Virus record (IMG/VR): IMGVR_UViG_3300013104_000001
Span: 223,407-287,406 of that record
Strand: one strand, 5' to 3'
DNA length: 64,000 nucleotides
Shown here: positions 57,875 to 64,000 of the stretch, piece after piece
How positions within the stretch are numbered: the first letter of the stretch is position 1
Layout: the number at the start of each line of letters is the position of its first letter
Translations under genes and position numbers: made by a program
The notes under the pieces: generated by a model
The model's database searches: none
Told to the model about the DNA's origin: nothing
Seen by the model: the letters and a program-made list of their open reading frames with translations, nothing else

Positions 57875-58402
57875 TTAAACTTCAATAGCCAATGGCTGAC
57901 CGTCTTCGGTAGTCAACCGCATGCCGTCTTCCGTCAGAAGTGTTCCTTCCTGCGGCGCGGCACCTGGATTTACGATAACAGTAAAACTGCCTTCGTATAC
58001 CAGACAGCTATCTTTAAATGTGATGAGCTGCGTAATGGAACCGTCTGGGCCAACTGCACTGAGTGCAACATCATTGATTTCAGCTGGAGTAATCTGAAGA
58101 CCATGGCGTGCATTAATAGCCGGTAATAGATCCGCGGTTGTTGCTGGACTTGCGACAACAAGAATTGGAATATAATTGAGAAACAGTAGCTCACCTTTCA
58201 GTCGGTCCAGGTTAACTATGTTACTCCCCACGTACCCTTTGCCCACAACGGCCGTGACTGGAATATCGGTATCACGTTTACCGGATCCTGTTACGGGTGA
58301 AGGGACACCAAAGTTAACTTGATCAATTCGGAACGCAAGTACGTTATCCTGATTGATCTGATCAACAATGATCTGGGCCGATGGCTGATTCAGGATGGTC
58401 AT
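57875..58402 (-). CDS. Virion structural protein (Ig-like, phiKZ-type decoration/fibre adaptor)
   Basis: 175 aa with Y.GS......R..L...LLP.IN.R.GL.I...EI and a C-terminal LLTEDG..LTTEDG repeat. Confidence 0.6.
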   Translation of the reverse strand: MTILNQPSAQIIVDQINQDNVLAFRIDQVNFGVPSPVTGSGKRDTDIPVTAVVGKGYVGSNIVNLDRLKGELLFLNYIPILVVASPATTADLLPAINARHGLQITPAEINDVALSAVGPDGSITQLITFKDSCLVYEGSFTVIVNPGAAPQEGTLLTEDGMRLTTEDGQPLAIEV

Positions 58403-58434
58403 ACTTTTCTCCCGTAAGCGCCTTTTCTGATGAT

Positions 58435-58447
58435 CATATAATAATTT
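58435..58447 (-). promoter_or_regulatory. Putative late promoter, AAATTATTATATG
   Basis: An AT-rich TATG element heading the fibre operon. Similar elements occur at 18590-18600, 21190-21197, 31913-31924 and 49519-49528. Confidence 0.5.
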
Positions 58448-58517
58448 CTTTTCTACATAACTTACCTAATGATGAAATCGTATAGACATTAAGAGTCGGG
58501 TAATTGAGGAAACTAAC

Positions 58518-60068
58518 ATGCCCATCGTGACCAGGCCAACACCAGAACAACATAAGTCGATTATCCGACCAGTAGTAATTCAAGTTGTCAATCAGTTACT
58601 CCCTATCATGCAGTTAGACCGAGAGGCACCTGATGATTTGATCTTCAATGGGTTTGCTGAGATCGCCATGCTTTCTAATACTGAGATTGGTATTAACCGT
58701 AATCCCGAGTCTCCGATTCGTGCACCCGGTCCAACTCAGATCATGGTGAATATCGAAGAAAGGCCCACCTCAGTGACTTCACCTGAAGTTTCGGTGATGT
58801 ATCCTGAGAACCGTTTCATTATGCATGATGCACGCTTAGGGATCGGTATTCGTCCTGTGCGTCGTCCTGTTGAAATCACCATCAGTTTCAATAAACGTTT
58901 CCGTTCCAAGGCAGCAGCTGATCGCTGGCACTCAAACATGGAACAACTCATGGCGCGTTATGTACAGGACTATATCCACACCCTGGATTACCATTACAAC
59001 ATCCCTGATGAGATGATTGTCATGTTACATGAGTTCTGGAAGCTACGTGAATCTCGTGCACCTTATAATGAGAACTTCGGTCAGTGGTTATCGAGCTGCA
59101 TGGCGCCGTACCAAACCGTTACCACTAACCAGTCTGGTAGCGCTAACGAACTCTCATTTGCAGAAGGTCTGGATAACGTTCAGGGTAACTGGGATTTTGA
59201 TGTGGTGCCCTATCCGGTACGTGAGAATACCCGTGGTAACTGGCAGGTCAGTTTCGATTATAAGTTTGAGTTCGGTAAGGTTATTGATCTGGTAATGAAC
59301 TACCCGATTATTATCCATAACCAGCTGCTTGCCCGTGAATTGATTCCAACGCCACGTAATCCACGCTACCGTAATAAGGTATACCAGAAGAACGCCATGA
59401 TGTATCGGGCTGAGTCGAACATGCAGGAAGTTCAGCCAACCGATTATCAGCTGCGTGATTATCTGTGTTTCCCAGAGTGGGATGATTGGATCCCTGAATA
59501 CATTCCTCCTTATCAAGCGGTTCAGTATACGGCACAATTGGAACTCGATCAAAATGATCCCAAGGCACTCTTTAATCTTAAAGAGATTGGTGACTACGAG
59601 TTTACCCCAATTGCGATTGCTTATCTGAGCTATGTGCGTAATCGCATGTTTGCCAATACCCGTTCTGTGATTCAGGTTAAGGTATACGAAGAAGAGATCC
59701 TTATTGACTCCGATCAGTTATCGGTCGATGAGCAACTCAACGTAACTACGCTGTTTACACCGAATGATCGTAAGTCGTATCACTTGATGGTGACTATCGA
59801 TAAAGATCTGGCGAAGCTTGATGAACATACGGTTGCGGAATTGAAAGAGGATGGGTGGTTTACGGAGAATGTGCTTGAGGTGATCTACCCTCAATACAAA
59901 GGTACACCTGTCTGGCCGACACCGAATGACCGGGGTGAGATCTCTAACCTTGCGTGGGATCGTTTTGTTGCGGCACTGTATCCGACCAGTCAGTGGTATC
60001 GTAAACCTGACATCGCACAGATGACCATTGGGCAGTTTACCATTTTTGCTAAGAAGAGAGACATTTAA
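58518..60068 (+). CDS. Conserved virion structural protein (gp98 position)
   Basis: 516 aa with a GAGGA RBS. Assignment is by synteny. Confidence 0.65.
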   Translation: MPIVTRPTPEQHKSIIRPVVIQVVNQLLPIMQLDREAPDDLIFNGFAEIAMLSNTEIGINRNPESPIRAPGPTQIMVNIEERPTSVTSPEVSVMYPENRFIMHDARLGIGIRPVRRPVEITISFNKRFRSKAAADRWHSNMEQLMARYVQDYIHTLDYHYNIPDEMIVMLHEFWKLRESRAPYNENFGQWLSSCMAPYQTVTTNQSGSANELSFAEGLDNVQGNWDFDVVPYPVRENTRGNWQVSFDYKFEFGKVIDLVMNYPIIIHNQLLARELIPTPRNPRYRNKVYQKNAMMYRAESNMQEVQPTDYQLRDYLCFPEWDDWIPEYIPPYQAVQYTAQLELDQNDPKALFNLKEIGDYEFTPIAIAYLSYVRNRMFANTRSVIQVKVYEEEILIDSDQLSVDEQLNVTTLFTPNDRKSYHLMVTIDKDLAKLDEHTVAELKEDGWFTENVLEVIYPQYKGTPVWPTPNDRGEISNLAWDRFVAALYPTSQWYRKPDIAQMTIGQFTIFAKKRDI

Positions 60069-61339
60069 TGCCAATCGGAAAGGTACCTCCAAAGAAACCC
60101 GAGAACACGGTATTAGCACCGGTTATCAAATCACCTGATGTCTTGAACGAAGTCATTGATACACGCTACACACCGCGTAAGTCATTGATGACGTATGTTG
60201 GCGGTAGCCCATGGGTGGTTGACTTCTATCAGCAGATCCTGGGGCCTGGTAGTGAACCTATGGCCCTGCAGCACGATGAACAGAATACCACGCAGCAGTA
60301 TCGTCGTATTCGTCGCATGGTGGTTAAGGTAAGTACTGATCTGCAACATAACCCTGAGAAGGACCAAGGTCAGATGGAAGTAACGGGCGCAGGTTTCCTG
60401 ATGCCTGGAATCATCCCTAACCAAGGCGATATGTTTATCGCTGATATGGGCGACGGTCGTGGTGGTCTCTTTACCATCAACGATGTCGAGATCATGTCCA
60501 TCTATAATGACACGGCTTACCAGATCACTTATGAGCTCACGGACTTTTGGGATCAGAGCATCCAGAAGTTGCTGGATGACAAAGTGGTTGAGTCGTGTGT
60601 CTATGACATGGATTATGCCCGTACTGGCATGAACCCAATCATCGCATCAGATGAGTTCTTTAACCGCGAGAAACTGACCGGCCTTGAACTGTCATTGATT
60701 GAACACTTCTTTGGCACGTTCTACGATGGCGAGTACGAAACCTTTATTGTTCCTGGTCAGCTGAAAAGTACGTACGATCCTTACTTCGTGCGTTTCATCG
60801 ATAAGCTGATTGATTATGAGCAGCGTCCTCGTCGTCAACGTGTCTGGCAGTTTGATGAGTCATTGAAAGGTTATCAGCGCCCAACGACTATCTGGGATAT
60901 GTTAGTGGGTCAAGACCCGCACATGTTCAAATATGTCCAACGTCAGATGCAAGTCGTGCCTGCGAGTTATTTCCGTAGCTCGACAGCGCTCTATGGTGGC
61001 ATTGCTTACTCGGGTATCTTTAACGTCGTCTATCCAGTAAGTGATCGCATCGTGATTAACCTGGATATTAACTTACCTACCGTGCCAATTGATTCACGCT
61101 TATTCAAAGAGATCTCAGTGTACAAGACATATGTCTTGAGCGAGGCCTTTTACGAACAGCGTCAAGTTGACATGACCGAACTTGAGCGGCAGGTTTATAA
61201 CCTAATTACCGGCGCACCCATTAATGTGGAGAAAGTTGCTGATCTGATTGATGTGTATTTCTCATCAACTGGACTTGTACAATACTACGCATTTCCTTTA
61301 TTAGTGTGTCTGTGCCGTACCGCACGTTATCGCCTATAG
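60068..61339 (+). CDS. Conserved virion structural protein (gp99 position)
   Basis: 423 aa with a TAATG overlap. Contains PNQGDMFIADMGDGR, a neck/head-closure-like P..GD motif. Confidence 0.65.
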   Translation: MPIGKVPPKKPENTVLAPVIKSPDVLNEVIDTRYTPRKSLMTYVGGSPWVVDFYQQILGPGSEPMALQHDEQNTTQQYRRIRRMVVKVSTDLQHNPEKDQGQMEVTGAGFLMPGIIPNQGDMFIADMGDGRGGLFTINDVEIMSIYNDTAYQITYELTDFWDQSIQKLLDDKVVESCVYDMDYARTGMNPIIASDEFFNREKLTGLELSLIEHFFGTFYDGEYETFIVPGQLKSTYDPYFVRFIDKLIDYEQRPRRQRVWQFDESLKGYQRPTTIWDMLVGQDPHMFKYVQRQMQVVPASYFRSSTALYGGIAYSGIFNVVYPVSDRIVINLDINLPTVPIDSRLFKEISVYKTYVLSEAFYEQRQVDMTELERQVYNLITGAPINVEKVADLIDVYFSSTGLVQYYAFPLLVCLCRTARYRL

Positions 61340-61347
61340 GTGTTACC

Positions 61348-61983
61348 ATGACCCAGCCAATTATCCACAATACGGAATTTCTCAAAAGTGAGATCAAACG
61401 TCTGCAGACGGTGATCTTTGAATGCACGTATGAATGTCGTATTAAGCAACGCGATCTCTACGATATCGACTATCTGCAGAAAGTGGGTCTTCCAACATCG
61501 GGTATTGGCTGGCTTGACCAAGAACTCGATAACCAAATGGTTGATGTACACATGACCATTAACCGGATGACTCACTGCGTATCGGAAGGGTATAACTTTT
61601 ATATCCTCTATCCTGAAACGTACGTTGGCATCATCTATAAAGCGATTGTTGATTACATCCGTTATTACGGTGAGCTCTCAGATCGTTTCCCGAACTTGCC
61701 GCTGCCTGATCAAGAAGACTTCGAAGTTCTTGATGCGCTCGCGACTAAACTGTACACCATCTATCGTAACTACGAGAAGCCGGAAGATACAGCAGGGATG
61801 GTTGGTCGTATTCGTCGTCTGCGTCGTCGTACCTTTAACAACGCGCCAGAAGAGCTCAACCTCGAGAAAGAGACCGACGAGATGGGCAACGTCATTAACC
61901 GAGAACATACGTCGCTGATGGATCTGTTCGCAGACCGTATGGCCGTTAAGAAGATTCCTAACTATGATTCTAGAGAAGAGTAG
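61348..61983 (+). CDS. Conserved hypothetical protein (gp100 position)
   Basis: AGGTG RBS before the ATG at 61348. Confidence 0.65.
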   Translation: MTQPIIHNTEFLKSEIKRLQTVIFECTYECRIKQRDLYDIDYLQKVGLPTSGIGWLDQELDNQMVDVHMTINRMTHCVSEGYNFYILYPETYVGIIYKAIVDYIRYYGELSDRFPNLPLPDQEDFEVLDALATKLYTIYRNYEKPEDTAGMVGRIRRLRRRTFNNAPEELNLEKETDEMGNVINREHTSLMDLFADRMAVKKIPNYDSREE

Positions 61984-63331
61984 TCTTTATAACGAAATTA
62001 TGGCGATCGCCAGTAAGTCGGGGCGCACATCGTTTCGCATGAGGGCAGAGATCTTCTTCGACACTACCGTGTGTTCGGTGTTTCGTGTCAGAAGTCTTAA
62101 TCGCTTCTCTGATTACATGGAAACGTATTACGAGGAGACCAGTATCGAAGTCGCTATGTCAGAGGGGGTGTACAACCAACAGATCATCCCTAATGTTCAG
62201 CGTCTGAAAATGCACCTCCTTATTACTGCGTATCCACCCGGTGGTGGCGAGCCTGAAACCACCAAGTACACCATGCGGGTATTCCCAAAGACGGGTTATG
62301 ATCCGCAGATGACACAGCAGCGTGCTTCAGATATCAATCAGAAGGCCATCGCTGATACCTCAATGCAATTCTATCAGTTCCAGTTGATGGACTCTGCAAT
62401 CGAGCAGCTGCGTGTTGTACCTGCCGGGGGAATTAACCCAACGACGTCACCAGGATCGTTGATCCGCACCATGCTAGGTGGTATCTCTGAAAGCTTAGAG
62501 TTACCATTGGAAGAGAAACCACTGGGTATGAACATGTATCCAGCGGATGCAGTGACACCAGATGGTAAAGAGATTATTAAGAATCACATTGTGGTGAACC
62601 ACCGTGTGCTCTTGGTCGACTTACCAGGTTATCTGCAGCATGAGTACGGCATCTACAAAACGGGTATCGGGTATTTCTATCATCGTCAGTACTGGTACGT
62701 TTGGCCGTTGTATAACACCAAGCGGTTTGAACTGATGAAGCAAACCATGATCATCGTTAACGTACCACGGGATAAGTTCCCAAGTATTGAACGAACGTTT
62801 GAAATGCGTGGGAATTCATTGTGTATTCTGGCAACCGGCGATACCACAATACATGACCAATCTAACCTGGCTCAGTATAACCAGGGGAACGGGGTTCGTG
62901 CACAGCGGTCATCCTCAGTCAGTGGCGATGAAGGATTGGAAGTTAAAGGCGGGGAAGCGATGTTGCAACGTGGGGCATCGAACTCGGAGTTTATCACCAG
63001 TCAACGCCCTAACGGCATTAACTACGCACCGATGACAGCTGAAATCACGGATAACAGTTATCGCATGGTGAGTAAGAACGCGGTTAACAATGGTGCAACG
63101 ATTCAGGTAACGTGGGAGAATGCTGACCCTGAATTGATCGTACCTGGCATGCCTGTGAAATATCTCTATCAGCGCGATACGGGTGTTGAGCAACGTTACG
63201 GTACATTGATCATGGCTGAGTGTCATTATCGCATGGCACGTGATGGCATGATGGATGACGTGATGATGTGTGACATGGCATTAACCCTCTTCATTGATAA
63301 CGTCGACGAACAGAATAACTCCTCGTTGTAA
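61964..63331 (+). CDS. Virion structural protein, possibly baseplate hub (gp101 position)
   Basis: 455 aa with a hub-like C-terminal segment, I.PGMPVKY. Assignment is by synteny. Confidence 0.6.
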   Translation: MILEKSSLYNEIMAIASKSGRTSFRMRAEIFFDTTVCSVFRVRSLNRFSDYMETYYEETSIEVAMSEGVYNQQIIPNVQRLKMHLLITAYPPGGGEPETTKYTMRVFPKTGYDPQMTQQRASDINQKAIADTSMQFYQFQLMDSAIEQLRVVPAGGINPTTSPGSLIRTMLGGISESLELPLEEKPLGMNMYPADAVTPDGKEIIKNHIVVNHRVLLVDLPGYLQHEYGIYKTGIGYFYHRQYWYVWPLYNTKRFELMKQTMIIVNVPRDKFPSIERTFEMRGNSLCILATGDTTIHDQSNLAQYNQGNGVRAQRSSSVSGDEGLEVKGGEAMLQRGASNSEFITSQRPNGINYAPMTAEITDNSYRMVSKNAVNNGATIQVTWENADPELIVPGMPVKYLYQRDTGVEQRYGTLIMAECHYRMARDGMMDDVMMCDMALTLFIDNVDEQNNSSL

Positions 63332-63346
63332 TTACCGACATTCACG

Positions 63347-63380
63347 CCTAGTCCTATGAGCTTTTGGCTCATAGGCTAGG
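63347..63380 (+). terminator. Long hairpin after the structural operon
   Basis: CCTAG-T-CCTATGAGC-TTTTG-GCTCATAGG-CTAGG. Confidence 0.7.
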
Positions 63381-63390
63381 GTGGATATTT

Positions 63391-63407
63391 TTTCAGACCT
63401 ACATTAT
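63391..63407 (+). promoter_or_regulatory. Putative early promoter, TTTCAGACCTACATTAT
   Basis: A copy of the recurrent motif, lying upstream of the ATG at 63444. Confidence 0.7.
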
Positions 63408-63443
63408 CGAGTCGAATAAACAGTAATTATAAGGACCTTATAG

Positions 63444-64000
63444 ATGACTGGTAATTTTACAATAACGACTTTGATTGCCGTTTTGCAATCAGAGCTTAAC
63501 TGGCACGCTAAGAATTGGGTTGAAACACAAAAGAAAGTCAAAGAGCTGACCGACCTGGCTGTTACAGGTAAGCTCGACGAGTATCAGTTTGAATCGTTCT
63601 TTAGCGGGATCACTTATAAGCACAACATGCCACGCGGTAATCACGAAACGCGTCGTGCTCGCAACTGCCTGTTTATGCAGTTCTCACTGCCGGTAAACCG
63701 CGATCTGTTTAACGGTCAGGATGTACAGGCACTTAACGGTGATTTTCATGCTGGGTTTGCTAACCGTAAAGATATCAACGAGCGTGTTATCTCGGAACTG
63801 TTGCGCAGTAGTGGTAATGAAATGCTTTGGCGACATTACTCCAACTATACCACGCCGAAAGAGGCGCCGTGGGATGGCGGGATGCAACGTTTTGATACAT
63901 TGCAACAGATAGCAGAAACTGCATCACGAACGCATCCATCCGGTCTGCAGATTTTGATAAACGAGCCGCGCTTGACCGACGAATACTCAACTGAACTCTA
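63444..64000 (+). CDS. Hypothetical early protein, 3'-truncated by the window edge (absent from the ORF track)
   Basis: AAGGA RBS and ATG at 63444 (MTGNFTITTLIAVLQSELNW...). The frame stays open to the end of the window. Confidence 0.7.
   Translation, partial: MTGNFTITTLIAVLQSELNWHAKNWVETQKKVKELTDLAVTGKLDEYQFESFFSGITYKHNMPRGNHETRRARNCLFMQFSLPVNRDLFNGQDVQALNGDFHAGFANRKDINERVISELLRSSGNEMLWRHYSNYTTPKEAPWDGGMQRFDTLQQIAETASRTHPSGLQILINEPRLTDEYSTEL

Noticed and set aside
1-64000. tRNA, rRNA, CRISPR arrays, integrase or transposase, and stop-codon reassignment
   Set aside because: None was recognisable by eye. Intergenic gaps are short and explained by terminators and promoters, and genes are full-length in code 11. 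A tRNAscan/Infernal run would be needed to exclude small RNAs formally.

Overview
This 64-kb window is a gene-dense segment of a phiKZ-like, nucleus-forming jumbo phage (Chimalliviridae-type). It reads in the standard genetic code, and I saw no tRNA, rRNA, CRISPR array, integrase or intron. The gene order follows the phiKZ gp67-gp101 core block as I recall it. The left end carries non-virion RNAP subunits (gp68-like, beta C-terminal, beta' C-terminal), a PicA/Imp1-position gene and an SF2 helicase. Further along come a gp76/gp77-like pair, the virion RNAP beta' C-terminal subunit, the exonuclease/motif-A half of a split B-family DNA polymerase, protease-processed head/inner-body proteins and baseplate-type proteins. 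Accessory DNA is inserted at about 10.1-18.1 kb, 23.5-28.0 kb, 29.7-31.9 kb and 53.3-58.4 kb. All phiKZ gp numbers come from synteny and motifs, not from database searches. Main discoveries: (1) a probable programmed -1 frameshift at a U8 slippery run (19069-19076) fusing the 548-aa gp77-like protein to the next ORF, a lambda G/GT- or P2 E/E'-type tail-chaperone arrangement; (2) a cassette of 'MLE[ML]L'-headed proteins, two with LCCL-like (LPS-binding type) domains, behind a G11 tract; (3) an early island encoding a SpoT/Mesh1-type HD hydrolase, a Tad2 (DUF2829) sponge and a novel triplicated 'ITxW' family; (4) a strand-oriented hairpin+TATGCCG terminator signature; (5) a prion-like MYPQ tail on the PicA-position protein; (6) an HExxH membrane metalloprotease-like head protein; (7) a beaded collagen fibre with a foldon motif.
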